A program made the position numbers and the translations under genes. The notes under the pieces are model-generated. The model was not told the origin of the DNA. It saw only the letters and a list, made by a program, of their open reading frames with translations, and did not search any database. This document shows, piece after piece, positions 29,059-38,717 of a stretch of 64,000 nucleotides of DNA. Source of the stretch: Candidatus Zixiibacteriota bacterium (lineage in GTDB: Bacteria > Zixibacteria > MSB-5A5 > GN15 > FEB-12). The stretch spans positions 1,313,852 to 1,377,851 of the forward strand of contig CP070674.1 of the NCBI GenBank assembly GCA_020351995.1, read 5' to 3'. Within the stretch, counting starts at the first letter, position 1. Each line of letters begins with the position of its first letter.

Positions 29059-30015
29059 CTACCTGTCGGAAGCGACCGCTAACGCCGCCAGGACAATGGA
29101 ATTAAAGCGGTTATCAGTTGTATCGGAGCGAGAATTCAACACCAATGGAACCTTGCCGCCAACAATCATCCCCCCCATGGCGGCGTTACCGAATAAGGTC
29201 ATAGCCCTGTAAACACCGTTGGCGGTGGCGATGTCCGGGGCGATCAGGATATCGGCCTGGCCAGCTACGAGGGAGTCTTCGATCCCTTTTGCGCGAGCCG
29301 CAGCAACATCCACAGCGACATCAAACGAAAGCGGTCCGTCGACATAGGCTCCCACGATTTGTTTGCGATCGGCCATCTTGGCTATGATAGCCGCATCAAT
29401 CGTGACCGGCATCTGAGGGGAAATCACTTCTACCGCAGCGATGATGGCAACCCTCGGCATACTGATTCCAATTACGTCGGCGACTCGCACAGCGTTATCG
29501 ACTATAGCGAGTTTGGTTTGCAGAGCAGGCTCCATGTTTACAGCCGCATCGGACAGGAGCAGAAGCTTGTCATAAAGTGAAGGTTTCATTACAGCAACAT
29601 GAGACAAGACACTACCTTCAGGCAGATATGAGTTCTCCCTGTTGAGAACCTGTTTTAGAAGCTCAACGGCTGGAACGCGGCCGTTAATAAGGATATCCAG
29701 CTCCTCCCCCACGGCCATTCTAATAGCAGTCTGCACGGCCGCTTCTGGCTCGCTGATGTTTACAAAATTGACTGAGCCTACGTCAATCCCATTCTGGAGG
29801 GCGGTCTGTCGGGCGAGCCTCTCATCCCCTATCATGTAAGGCTCAATCAGCCCTTCGTGGTCCGCGCGGGCAACCGCCCTGAAGGTATGAATATCAAGAG
29901 GCACCACGACAGCCGCCCGAGGTTTTCCCTTTTCACTCACAATCCTGGCGGCTTTATCGCGGATCTGTTCAAATGAACGCACGCTGGGGACAGCAGATTC
30001 AGAGGTACCAGACAT
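29059..30015 (-). CDS. Phosphate acyl(butyryl)transferase family protein, paralog 1
   Basis: VLSHV, IAAVE, DGPLSFDVA, VAGQADILIAPD, VPLVLNSRSD; downstream of buk. Confidence 0.85.
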   Translation of the reverse strand: MSGTSESAVPSVRSFEQIRDKAARIVSEKGKPRAAVVVPLDIHTFRAVARADHEGLIEPYMIGDERLARQTALQNGIDVGSVNFVNISEPEAAVQTAIRMAVGEELDILINGRVPAVELLKQVLNRENSYLPEGSVLSHVAVMKPSLYDKLLLLSDAAVNMEPALQTKLAIVDNAVRVADVIGISMPRVAIIAAVEVISPQMPVTIDAAIIAKMADRKQIVGAYVDGPLSFDVAVDVAAARAKGIEDSLVAGQADILIAPDIATANGVYRAMTLFGNAAMGGMIVGGKVPLVLNSRSDTTDNRFNSIVLAALAVASDR

Positions 30016-30020
30016 GCAGA

Positions 30021-30971
30021 TTATATCCCCTTTCCGGTGTGACTAATGTAATCGGATAATACACACGCCAGCGCCAGGGAGGCTTTCTTATTCTTCATTG
30101 TATCTGTTCGTGAGACAAGCGATATCGGCACTTTTGCCCCGACAATAACTCCAGCGTGAACGGCTCTGGCAAACTGTATAAGTGACTTGGCAACGATATT
30201 GCATTCCTCGATGGAGTCAACGAGATAAATATCGGCATCGCCCACTACCGGTCCTTCTGTCTGCTGCGGGTCGGCAACCGCTTTCGAGGTAGCCAGGTCG
30301 AAGGGAAGGGGTCCCTGAATGACGATGTCCTCAAGCTTCTTCATAGCCTCGGGGATGATGAAATCCATATCGGAGAAGGCGTGAGAGAGTTTTTCTGATG
30401 GTTTGTCGTATGCGGCCGAAATAGCAATCTTGACCGGGGAAAGTCCCAGGGCACGCCCAACAAGGACAGCGTTTTCCAGTATCTGAAATTTTTGTTCGCT
30501 GTCCGGTTTGACGACCACGCCACCATCGGTAAGATTCAGCAGCTTATGGTAACCTGGAATGTCAAGAACGGCACAATGCGAAAGGGTATTCTTCCCGCAT
30601 AGGCCATAGCGTTTATCAAGTACGATCTTAAGCAGCGCCGACGTTGGCAGGAAGCCTTTCATGATAACGTCGGCCTCTCCATTTGCGGCCAGATTAACTA
30701 CGACATGAGCCGCGCGATCAGTATCTCTCTCATTGATAATCCTCATGCCGCTTACGTCAATCGCATTTTCGGAAGCTAACCTCTCGATACCTGTAGCTTC
30801 ACCAACAAGCATGCCTTCCAGAAAGCCGTCAGCGGCCGCTTCGGAAACAGCAGCGATAACGTCGATATCCTGAGCCACCGCGACGGCTACGCGTTTCTTT
30901 CGACCCTGGCCGGCGATGTCGGCGGCTCTCTCTATGAGTTGATCTGAGGAGTGTATCGGTTCCACTGTCAT
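30021..30971 (-). CDS. Phosphate acyl(butyryl)transferase family protein, paralog 2
   Basis: IMKG, LSHC, LTDGG, QGPLPFDLA, VGAKVPISLVSRTD. Confidence 0.85.
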   Translation of the reverse strand: MTVEPIHSSDQLIERAADIAGQGRKKRVAVAVAQDIDVIAAVSEAAADGFLEGMLVGEATGIERLASENAIDVSGMRIINERDTDRAAHVVVNLAANGEADVIMKGFLPTSALLKIVLDKRYGLCGKNTLSHCAVLDIPGYHKLLNLTDGGVVVKPDSEQKFQILENAVLVGRALGLSPVKIAISAAYDKPSEKLSHAFSDMDFIIPEAMKKLEDIVIQGPLPFDLATSKAVADPQQTEGPVVGDADIYLVDSIEECNIVAKSLIQFARAVHAGVIVGAKVPISLVSRTDTMKNKKASLALACVLSDYISHTGKGI

Positions 30972-30982
30972 AAAGGTCTATC

Positions 30983-32050
30983 CTAGTACTTCTTGAGTTT
31001 CTCCCGGCCCGTCAGAAAACGAAGCCCGGCGGCGGCCAGAGCCTCCATCTCATACTCCCCAGCCACCACTACGATTCGCCCCAGAAAGCCGACATATTTC
31101 GCGATTTCGTCGATCAGCATCCGCGAATGGGCCATGCCGCCGGTCAGCACGATGGCTTCAAACTTTCCGTGCAGACAAACAGCGGCGGCACCAATCTCCT
31201 TGGCAATCTGATAGGCCATGGCAGCGAAGTATAATCTTGCCTTATCGTCTCCGCTCTGTATCATCCGTTCGACCTCACGGAGATCGGCTGATCCAAGATA
31301 TGCCACCAAACCGGATTGTCTGGATAACTTGTCAAGCATTTGCTTTTCCGTGAACTTGCCGCTGTAACATAATCTCACGAGGTCGCCGATCGGTACGGCA
31401 CCAGCCCGATCGAATGAGAAAGGTCCCATACCCAGCAGGGCGTCATTAACGTCAATGACCTGACCGCCCCGGAGAGCCGCGACCGATACACCACCACCCA
31501 TATGCACGGCCACAAAGTCCACCTCGTGCAGTGTCTTTCCCAGCTTGTGCGCCTCTCGGCGACAGACTTCCTTGATGTTGAGAGCATGAAGCCGAGACTT
31601 TCTCTCTATTTCCGGAACACCACTTACCCGAGCTATGTCAATGAAGTTATCCACGGTGCTCGGATCCGATATTAGCGATGGAATGCCATACTTGTCGCCG
31701 AGATGGTGGGCAATGACAGGTCCCAGATTTGAGGCATGGTTGGAATACCGCATACACCTGACGTCGGCCAGCATTTTCTCGTTAATTTCATACGAGCCTC
31801 CCTCAAGAGGCTTGAGTGGGGCGCCGCGGCCGATAACGGCTGCGATTTCCGTAGCCTGGTCACCCAGGGATTCGATCCAATCTTCTATTAGTCTGGTACG
31901 ATACTCGAACTGGTCGGCCACGTTGTCGAAGCGGGCCAGTTCGGCACGATCATGGCTAACGGCGACTTCCGCCAGCCTTACTTCGCCTTCGAAAAGTGCT
32001 ACTTTGGTCGATGTCGACCCAGGGTTAATGATCAACATCTTCTGAGACAT
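30983..32050 (-). CDS. buk: Butyrate kinase
   Basis: IINPGSTSTK, HASNLG, HALN, HMGGGVSV, LTGGMA; ATG at 32050 with AGGA RBS. Confidence 0.95.
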   Translation of the reverse strand: MSQKMLIINPGSTSTKVALFEGEVRLAEVAVSHDRAELARFDNVADQFEYRTRLIEDWIESLGDQATEIAAVIGRGAPLKPLEGGSYEINEKMLADVRCMRYSNHASNLGPVIAHHLGDKYGIPSLISDPSTVDNFIDIARVSGVPEIERKSRLHALNIKEVCRREAHKLGKTLHEVDFVAVHMGGGVSVAALRGGQVIDVNDALLGMGPFSFDRAGAVPIGDLVRLCYSGKFTEKQMLDKLSRQSGLVAYLGSADLREVERMIQSGDDKARLYFAAMAYQIAKEIGAAAVCLHGKFEAIVLTGGMAHSRMLIDEIAKYVGFLGRIVVVAGEYEMEALAAAGLRFLTGREKLKKY

Positions 32051-32218
32051 TTTATCCTGACCCTCCACCAGAGCTGGTATCGCTTGCGGCCCGGGCTCAA
32101 GGTCGGCAAAATCCGCATCACTCGATTTTGCCCCGTTTGTTTGCTGAAAGTTGCGTTGTTCTTTGCCCTTTTCCCCCGCCGGCCGAAGATGTAAGATGGT
32201 GCGCCATAAAATCAAGGC

Positions 32219-32236
32219 GTGCGAATTATTTCACGA
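32219..32236. promoter_or_regulatory. Rex-box-like palindrome in the buk / hypothetical divergent region
   Basis: GTGCGAA-TTAT-TTCACGA, 3 mismatches to TTGTGAA-N4-TTCACAA. Confidence 0.3.
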
Positions 32237-32293
32237 TAATAACAGGAAGGGTTAGACCGGGCAAGGCTTTTTTGGCTGGCCGCATTGTCGCTC

Positions 32294-32310
32294 TTGGCAG
32301 TGATACTGCT
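32294..32310 (+). promoter_or_regulatory. Possible sigma-54 promoter
   Basis: TTGGCAGTGATACTGCT has GG-N10-GC spacing, 30 nt upstream of ATG 32341. Confidence 0.4.
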
Positions 32311-32340
32311 CAATTCCTTGTCACATGCTTTAAAGACTCC

Positions 32341-32706
32341 ATGACCGTCAAAGTCACTGCGATAGCGGAAAAAGATTTTTTCAGCATTGCTTCGGTCTGG
32401 GATTTTCCCGATGACCTTCTCATATTCCAGATGGAGGGTAGCAGCGAAAACCTCTGTCGGGAGATCTGCCGACTGTTGCACGGGCGGGCGAAGGAGATGG
32501 TTATTGAGGGCGGCTTCTATCGTGGCCTGGCATCGCTGGTGTGTCTGGATCAGCTTGGCGGAAAGTGTCTAAACCACACAGCCCAGGGGCGGCTGCTGGC
32601 CATAGAAATGGAACGCCAGCTCGACGAACAGACCTATACCGCCATCGAAACACTGGCCAAAAGACACGGACTATACTGGTTCTCCGCATCGGGAAACCTT
32701 CGTTAG
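32341..32706 (+). CDS. Hypothetical protein (121 aa)
   Basis: Fills the gap between buk and the cytochrome gene; globular composition; no family recognised. Confidence 0.6.
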   Translation: MTVKVTAIAEKDFFSIASVWDFPDDLLIFQMEGSSENLCREICRLLHGRAKEMVIEGGFYRGLASLVCLDQLGGKCLNHTAQGRLLAIEMERQLDEQTYTAIETLAKRHGLYWFSASGNLR

Positions 32707-32828
32707 TCGGAATTTAAAATTCACCTGTGCTTGGCAGCCATCTTTAATTCCTTGTCATCCGGCCAATTATCGATTTTATTAACAACTAGAATCGCATACC
32801 ATCTTAAGATGACAAGCGGGGTCAAGAG

Positions 32829-34718
32829 GTGAGAACAAGAAATCTTTTTCCGACAATACTCCTAATTTTGACAATACTGGTGATAATTGCTGCGTTCAAC
32901 TGGTCCTCGCTGATTCACAAGATGTTGCCATCCGACAGCAGGCCCTCAGCGATCACCTTTGTCGCAGAAGCCATCTCGCCGGAGAAGCTTACCACCTTAG
33001 GGCATGAGATAACCACCGACTACGATGGGAACTTTGGCCATATCGACTATTTTCTTGACGCCGGCATATACAGTTATGAGGGTCCCGCAACCTGCCTCGG
33101 ATGCCACGCCGAGATAGAATACACCGACGCACATACCGGGCAGACAGTGGCAACCGAGCTGATGGAGAATCTGACGAGCTCAGCCCACTACCGTTTCTTC
33201 ACCAGCAGGCATCCGAATGTCTACGGCTTCAACGGTGAGTTGGCCGACAATTTTCCGATGGGCAAGATCAACCGGCCGTGCCCCAAGCCAGGTTCCTTCG
33301 CCATGACAGCCTGGGCCGAAATAGTGGTTACAGAAAACGGTGACACTTTGTCCGAAGGTTGCGGGCAATGCCACATCGGTGGTCAGTATCAAGCTCCCCT
33401 GGGCGAGATGATGCCGATGTATAAGACCACTCAGGTGGAAAAAGACGCCATTGATTGCCTCATCTGTCACGCGGCGGCCTATGACATGAACGAGAAACAG
33501 GTTGTGGTTGATGGCAACGGACTTAAACGATGGGAGCAGGACCGATCAATGCGAGCAGCCCTATCCGTGACGACGCCTTCCGCTCAAAGTTGCCTGCGAT
33601 GCCACCAGCATAATTTCGGCGGCGATATTTATATCGATGAAGGCGACCCTTCATACATGGAAAGCCTGCGTAACACCGGCGACAATCGACCCCGGGTGCT
33701 TCACCCCGGCTCCAAGCGTGGAACACCGTACTCGCCGGCATGGGATGTTCACGCGGCGGCGGGAGTGTCGTGCATAGAATGCCACACCACCCAGGGACAC
33801 TACATTGCCAAAGGGACACATTCTACGACGATTATGGCCAACGACCTGCCTGAGGCTGAAGTTGCCTGTGAAAACTGCCACGGTGCCAAGCCGCATGCCG
33901 AGGACAGCGCAACAGCCAGGTATTTAAATCAACATGTCGAGCGAATCGCCTGTCAGACCTGCCACATTCCCAGCCTGCACGATGACAATGTCACCATGCG
34001 GGATTTCGGCAATGCCGAATTCGAAGAGCATCCGGGAATCTACATTTACAGTGACATTGTCAAGGAGTCACTGCCAGGATCAGGAATCGAATATCGCTGG
34101 TGGAACGGTGATGCCACTTTTCTAGGCAATCCGATCGGCGACAATCCGAACGGTTCCAACCTTTACAGGTTTTATACCGCCAACCGGGTCTGGCCGGAGT
34201 ATGCGGGATTTGACTATGAAGCGTGGTACGAAAAGATAATGAGACCGATAGCTAAGAGTGGGCGGCCTTCGAAAATATATGCCATGAAAAAATTCAACGG
34301 CAGACAACATATCGACCTGTCCAATATGGGGCCATTCGGGGGCATGTTTGTGCCTTACAACCTGCCGGCCTACTACGCATCGGGCGATCCCGACAGGGCA
34401 GCTTCGATCGAGATGGACAAGAGCATGATGGAGATGATGTACGGAATTATGTTCAAGTATTACATGCTCGACAAGTTCATGTCGTTTATGGATATCGATG
34501 GCTGGAACACAGGCGCGTACGAAGATGTTCGAGAGATAAAGAATGTGGAGCCGCGCTGGATTCCCAACGATGCATCGCTGGAGATAAGCCACGCTATTCG
34601 CAGAGTGGGAGCGCTTTCGTGCGGCGACTGCCATACCGAATCCGGCGTTCTCGATTTCGCAGGATTAGGGTATACCACCGACGAGATAGAGACGCTTCGG
34701 TCACACCCTCTTGAATAG
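32829..34718 (+). CDS. Octaheme cytochrome c, OTR (octaheme tetrathionate reductase)-like
   Basis: N-terminal hydrophobic segment; eight CxxCH motifs (CLGCH, CGQCH, CLICH, CLRCH, CIECH, CENCH, CQTCH, CGDCH), seven clustered and one C-terminal; GKINRPC between hemes 1 and 2. Confidence 0.85.
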   Translation: MRTRNLFPTILLILTILVIIAAFNWSSLIHKMLPSDSRPSAITFVAEAISPEKLTTLGHEITTDYDGNFGHIDYFLDAGIYSYEGPATCLGCHAEIEYTDAHTGQTVATELMENLTSSAHYRFFTSRHPNVYGFNGELADNFPMGKINRPCPKPGSFAMTAWAEIVVTENGDTLSEGCGQCHIGGQYQAPLGEMMPMYKTTQVEKDAIDCLICHAAAYDMNEKQVVVDGNGLKRWEQDRSMRAALSVTTPSAQSCLRCHQHNFGGDIYIDEGDPSYMESLRNTGDNRPRVLHPGSKRGTPYSPAWDVHAAAGVSCIECHTTQGHYIAKGTHSTTIMANDLPEAEVACENCHGAKPHAEDSATARYLNQHVERIACQTCHIPSLHDDNVTMRDFGNAEFEEHPGIYIYSDIVKESLPGSGIEYRWWNGDATFLGNPIGDNPNGSNLYRFYTANRVWPEYAGFDYEAWYEKIMRPIAKSGRPSKIYAMKKFNGRQHIDLSNMGPFGGMFVPYNLPAYYASGDPDRAASIEMDKSMMEMMYGIMFKYYMLDKFMSFMDIDGWNTGAYEDVREIKNVEPRWIPNDASLEISHAIRRVGALSCGDCHTESGVLDFAGLGYTTDEIETLRSHPLE

Positions 34719-34731
34719 GTTAGGTGAGATT

Positions 34732-35070
34732 ATGCCCTACAAGTTCAGCCGGTGCTTCGCCATGGAGCATCCCCAGAGCACGGAACTAATCCGATTTTAC
34801 CGCGAGCAAATAGGCCTCAAAATCGTGGAGGCCGGCCCCGACCAGGTCGAGTTCGGCACAGATCCGGTTAGACTTTTTGTCAACCAGGGTGACCAGCAGA
34901 CCTTGATTTTTGAGTTGATCGTCCCGGATCTGGAAAAAGCCCGGGAAGACTTAACAGCCAAAGGCTGCGAGATCCTCCGGTGGGAAGGCAAGGGGAAGAC
35001 CTGTTATGTTCGCGATCCCTTTGGATTTGTTTTCAACATATGGGAAGACCCATCCGCCTTCGGCGCGTGA
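34732..35070 (+). CDS. VOC/glyoxalase family protein
   Basis: FYREQIGL and CYVRDPFGFVFNIWE motifs. Confidence 0.85.
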   Translation: MPYKFSRCFAMEHPQSTELIRFYREQIGLKIVEAGPDQVEFGTDPVRLFVNQGDQQTLIFELIVPDLEKAREDLTAKGCEILRWEGKGKTCYVRDPFGFVFNIWEDPSAFGA

Positions 35071-35146
35071 GCAAGGAATTCCCCTGCTGTTGGTCAGGAT
35101 AGTGTTGTCTGCTCGAGGGCTGGCTGTGACCCGAAAACGGTAAAAC

Positions 35147-35701
35147 CTATCCGAGGATAGTTTTTACTGCCAGGCCTATCAGAATCAATCCGCCGAAAAT
35201 GCCAGCTTTTTGACTGAACCTTAGCCCCAGAGCGCGACCAAAGACAAGACCCAATACCGTCATAGACGCCGCTACTACTCCAATAATCAAGGTTGGGTAG
35301 AGAATTTGAATGCCCACCAAGCCAAGTGTAAAACCCGCGGCCAGAGCGTCAATAGAAGTAGCAAACATCAGGATTATAAGACTTAGCCCCCGGGTGGGGT
35401 CACCCTTCCACTGCCGGCCGTCGGGGTCAAATTGCTCGTAGATAAGTCTGGCACCAATTCCGGCCAGAACGATGGCCGCGAGCCATCGGGCGTATTCGCC
35501 GATTACACCGGACAGGTACTCGCCGGCCATCCACCCGACAATCGGCATTCCAAACTGGGCAAATCCAAAATGCCAGGAGAGCCGAAAGATGACCCACCGG
35601 TCGAGGCGGCCGAGTTTAATTCCGACCGCAACCGCCACCGCGAAAGCGTCGAAGGCCAGTGCGAAAGCCAGCAGGATAACGTTTACAAATTCAATGCCGA
35701 T
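35147..35701 (-). CDS. mntP: Manganese efflux pump MntP (probable non-canonical start)
   Basis: LAFDAFAVAV, FGFAQFGMP, ATSIDALAAG; the first helix lies upstream of the track GTG and is reachable only from ATC 35701, ATT 35695 or CTG. Confidence 0.85.
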   Translation of the reverse strand: MGIEFVNVILLAFALAFDAFAVAVAVGIKLGRLDRWVIFRLSWHFGFAQFGMPIVGWMAGEYLSGVIGEYARWLAAIVLAGIGARLIYEQFDPDGRQWKGDPTRGLSLIILMFATSIDALAAGFTLGLVGIQILYPTLIIGVVAASMTVLGLVFGRALGLRFSQKAGIFGGLILIGLAVKTILG

Positions 35702-35844
35702 GTTGGTGTCCTACAATTCCAATGTGTTTCAAGGCATTAGGCAGGCACACAGGCTCTTTGAGGCCGCCCGGTCACTGAAAACAACAAAATAACTCACAAC
35801 GGTCGGAATTGGGAAACTTTTTTTTAGGCAGACGGTTATAAATA

Positions 35845-35868
35845 AAAGCATACAAAACAGTAAAGTAT
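35845..35868. promoter_or_regulatory. Candidate Rrf2/IscR-type operator upstream of the suf operon
   Basis: AAAGCATAC-AAAACA-GTAAAGTAT, an imperfect AT-rich palindrome resembling IscR type-1 sites. Confidence 0.45.
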
Positions 35869-35917
35869 TCGTATTAGCTGTAGGGAATTATATCAAGCCT
35901 TTGGAAGTGGTAGAATT

Positions 35918-36457
35918 ATGAGAATATCAGCCCTTGAGGAGTATGGTTTGAGGTGTTTGCTGGCGCTGGCCAGAGTGGGGTGCGACGGGCAGTTGTCGAT
36001 TGCGGATATCGCTGAAAGGGAAGCGATATCAGTGCCGTACGCCTCAAAACTGCTCTCCACCTTGCGCAAGACCGGTTTGGTCAAAGCGGTAAGAGGTCGT
36101 GGCGGCGGCTTCTGTATAGCCCGTCCCGCGTCAGAGATAAACCTGCTGGAAGTTATAACCGGAATCGGCGGGCCGCTCATCGATCCCAATCATTGCCGCC
36201 GGTACTCGGGGAATCTTGAAAAGTGCATTCACACCGATAATTGTTCCGTTCACTATACGTTGGTTGGGCTGTCCCGGCTCGTGGGAGAGTTTCTTAGCAA
36301 GACTACCCTTGAAGACGTTCTGAATACTCCCGGAATTCAGGATCTTACCAAGATTGAGTCGAGAGTAATGCTTGCCGCGGCGTCGGCAAAACCATCCAGA
36401 TCAAGCGCTGATGTACCTGGTAATCCGGTTACCGGGCAGGCAAATATCAAAAACTGA
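35918..36457 (+). CDS. Rrf2-family Fe-S-sensing transcriptional regulator
   Basis: EEYGLRCLLALA, VRGRGGGF, three Cys (C-x9-C-x5-C); heads the suf operon. Confidence 0.93.
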   Translation: MRISALEEYGLRCLLALARVGCDGQLSIADIAEREAISVPYASKLLSTLRKTGLVKAVRGRGGGFCIARPASEINLLEVITGIGGPLIDPNHCRRYSGNLEKCIHTDNCSVHYTLVGLSRLVGEFLSKTTLEDVLNTPGIQDLTKIESRVMLAAASAKPSRSSADVPGNPVTGQANIKN

Positions 36458-36490
36458 AAAAGGACTATTGAAAAAGGAAATAAACCAGTC

Positions 36491-37261
36491 GTGAAGAATA
36501 GGAAAGCGGTCTTTTCGTTTAGCGACATTCATGTCGAAGTCGAGGGGAAGGAAGTTGTCAAGGGGGTGTCTTTAGCAATTGCCCCGGGGGAGATACATGC
36601 TATAATGGGACCAAACGGGTCCGGCAAGTCCTCTCTTTCCAACGCATTGATGGGCCATCCGGGATACGAGATTACCGGGGGTGAGGCTTATCTCGACGGT
36701 AACAATTTGCTCGAGATGGAGGCTGACGAGCGTTCCCGTGCAGGTTTGTTTCTGGCCTTCCAGTACCCCCTCGCGATTCCGGGTGTGACGGTGGCCAATT
36801 TCTTGAGAGCAGCCCTTAAATCACAGCGGGGACCCGAGGCCGATATGTCGGATTTCCGCAAACTGCTCAAGAAGAAGATGGCGGGTTTGTCGATTGATGA
36901 GTCATTCGCGACCCGTTATTTGAACGACGGCTTTTCAGGCGGCGAAAAGAAGCGAATAGAAATTCTCCAGATGTCAGTTTTGAATCCCAAGGTAGCCCTT
37001 TTGGATGAGACCGATTCCGGTCTAGATATCGACGCCCTGAAGACGGTCGCCGCGGGTATCAACCAGTTCCACGATGAAACCAAAGGGATCCTGCTGGTCA
37101 CTCATTATCAGCGCCTTTTGAATTACGTAAAGCCACATCACGTGCATGTGATGATTGACGGTCGGTTGGTGAAATCCGGGGGCCCGGAACTGGCCCTGAA
37201 GCTGGAGGAGTCGGGCTACGATTGGGTTGGCGCCGAGGCCGGTTTGAAAGCGGGGGCATAA
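36491..37261 (+). CDS. sufC: Fe-S cluster assembly ATPase SufC
   Basis: [34 protein letters not shown]. Confidence 0.97.
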   Translation: MKNRKAVFSFSDIHVEVEGKEVVKGVSLAIAPGEIHAIMGPNGSGKSSLSNALMGHPGYEITGGEAYLDGNNLLEMEADERSRAGLFLAFQYPLAIPGVTVANFLRAALKSQRGPEADMSDFRKLLKKKMAGLSIDESFATRYLNDGFSGGEKKRIEILQMSVLNPKVALLDETDSGLDIDALKTVAAGINQFHDETKGILLVTHYQRLLNYVKPHHVHVMIDGRLVKSGGPELALKLEESGYDWVGAEAGLKAGA

Positions 37262-37263
37262 GT

Positions 37264-38697
37264 ATGTCAGAATCCCTCAGGCAGCAGAATCAGCAACTCA
37301 GGGCTATAAACGAGGACTATGCTACCCGGTACGGTTTTCGTGACCCGGTAGACTATTTTCATAAGGGAGCCAGAGGCCTCAGCCACGAGGTGGTTGAGAT
37401 GATCTCCCGGATGAAAAATGAGCCGCGATGGATGGCTGACCGTCGTCACGAAGCACTCGATATCTTCTACAGCAAACCGATACCGAAATGGGGTAACACC
37501 CTGCTTCTGAATGAGATCGACTTCGATAACATCTATTATTTCATGAAGCCAATCGAAAATCAGCAGACCAACTGGGACGACGTTCCGGAGTATATCAAGA
37601 AGACTTTCGACCGACTGGGCATACCGGAAGCCGAGAAGAATTTTCTCGGGGGGGTATCAGCACAGTACGAGTCTGAAGTAGTCTATCATTCCTTGAAAGA
37701 GGAGCTCAAGCAGCAGGGAGTGGTCTTTCTGGACATGGATGGAGGTCTGCGCGAGTATGGTGATATCGTCAAGAAGTACTTCGGCACGGTGATTCCGTCG
37801 GCCGATAACAAGTTCGCCGCCCTCAACACCGCTGTCTGGTCGGGTGGGTCGTTTATTTACGTGCCGCCTGGAATCGATGTCGAGATACCTCTTCAGGCAT
37901 ATTTCCGCATCAACGCGGAAAACATGGGCCAGTTCGAAAGGACTCTAATCATCGCCGACAAAGGCTCGCGGGTGCACTATATCGAGGGTTGCACAGCGCC
38001 CGTCTATTCGACAAACTCGTTGCACTCGGCAGTCGTTGAGCTTATCGCCCTGGATGACGCGTACATCCGCTATACCACCATTCAGAATTGGGCGCGGAAT
38101 ATATATAATCTTGTCACCAAGCGTGCCACGGCCCACAAGAATGCCACCGTGGAATGGGTCGACGGCAATCTGGGGTCTCGCCTGACGATGAAATATCCAT
38201 GCATACAGCTAGTTGGCGAAGGCGCCAGAGGTGAAATACTATCAGTCGCCTTTGCCGGTGTCGACCAGCATCAGGATGCGGGCGCCAAGGTCATTCACGC
38301 CGCGCCAAACACGTCATCAAGAATAACCTCTAAGTCTATCTCGAAAGACAACGGTCGTGCCTCATATCGCGGGCTGGTCAAAGTCCACAAGACTGCCACT
38401 AATGCCAAGGTGTCGGTGGAGTGCGACGCTTTGCTGATTGGTGAAGAAGCGCGCAGCGACACCTATCCGACTATGGAAATTGACAACGAGCACGTACGGG
38501 TTGAGCACGAGGCAAGAGTATCCAAGGTGGCCGAAGAGCAGTTGTTTTACTTGACCAGTCGTGGTCTGACCGAAGACGATGCCCGGTTGCTGATTGTCAA
38601 CGGCTTCATGGAGCCGTTTACCAAAGAGTTGCCGCTGGAGTACGCGGTTGAATTGAATCGATTGATCGAGCTGGAAATGGAAGGATCGATCGGCTGA
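37264..38697 (+). CDS. sufB: Fe-S cluster assembly protein SufB
   Basis: [35 protein letters not shown]; ATG at 37264. Confidence 0.97.
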   Translation: MSESLRQQNQQLRAINEDYATRYGFRDPVDYFHKGARGLSHEVVEMISRMKNEPRWMADRRHEALDIFYSKPIPKWGNTLLLNEIDFDNIYYFMKPIENQQTNWDDVPEYIKKTFDRLGIPEAEKNFLGGVSAQYESEVVYHSLKEELKQQGVVFLDMDGGLREYGDIVKKYFGTVIPSADNKFAALNTAVWSGGSFIYVPPGIDVEIPLQAYFRINAENMGQFERTLIIADKGSRVHYIEGCTAPVYSTNSLHSAVVELIALDDAYIRYTTIQNWARNIYNLVTKRATAHKNATVEWVDGNLGSRLTMKYPCIQLVGEGARGEILSVAFAGVDQHQDAGAKVIHAAPNTSSRITSKSISKDNGRASYRGLVKVHKTATNAKVSVECDALLIGEEARSDTYPTMEIDNEHVRVEHEARVSKVAEEQLFYLTSRGLTEDDARLLIVNGFMEPFTKELPLEYAVELNRLIELEMEGSIG

Positions 38698-38717
38698 TAG
38701 GCCGCTGGAGAAGACAT

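Noticed and set aside
35714-35840. yybP-ykoY manganese riboswitch upstream of mntP
   Set aside because: Could not find the characteristic GGGGAGUAG and GAGACC elements on the minus strand; an Rfam scan would be decisive.
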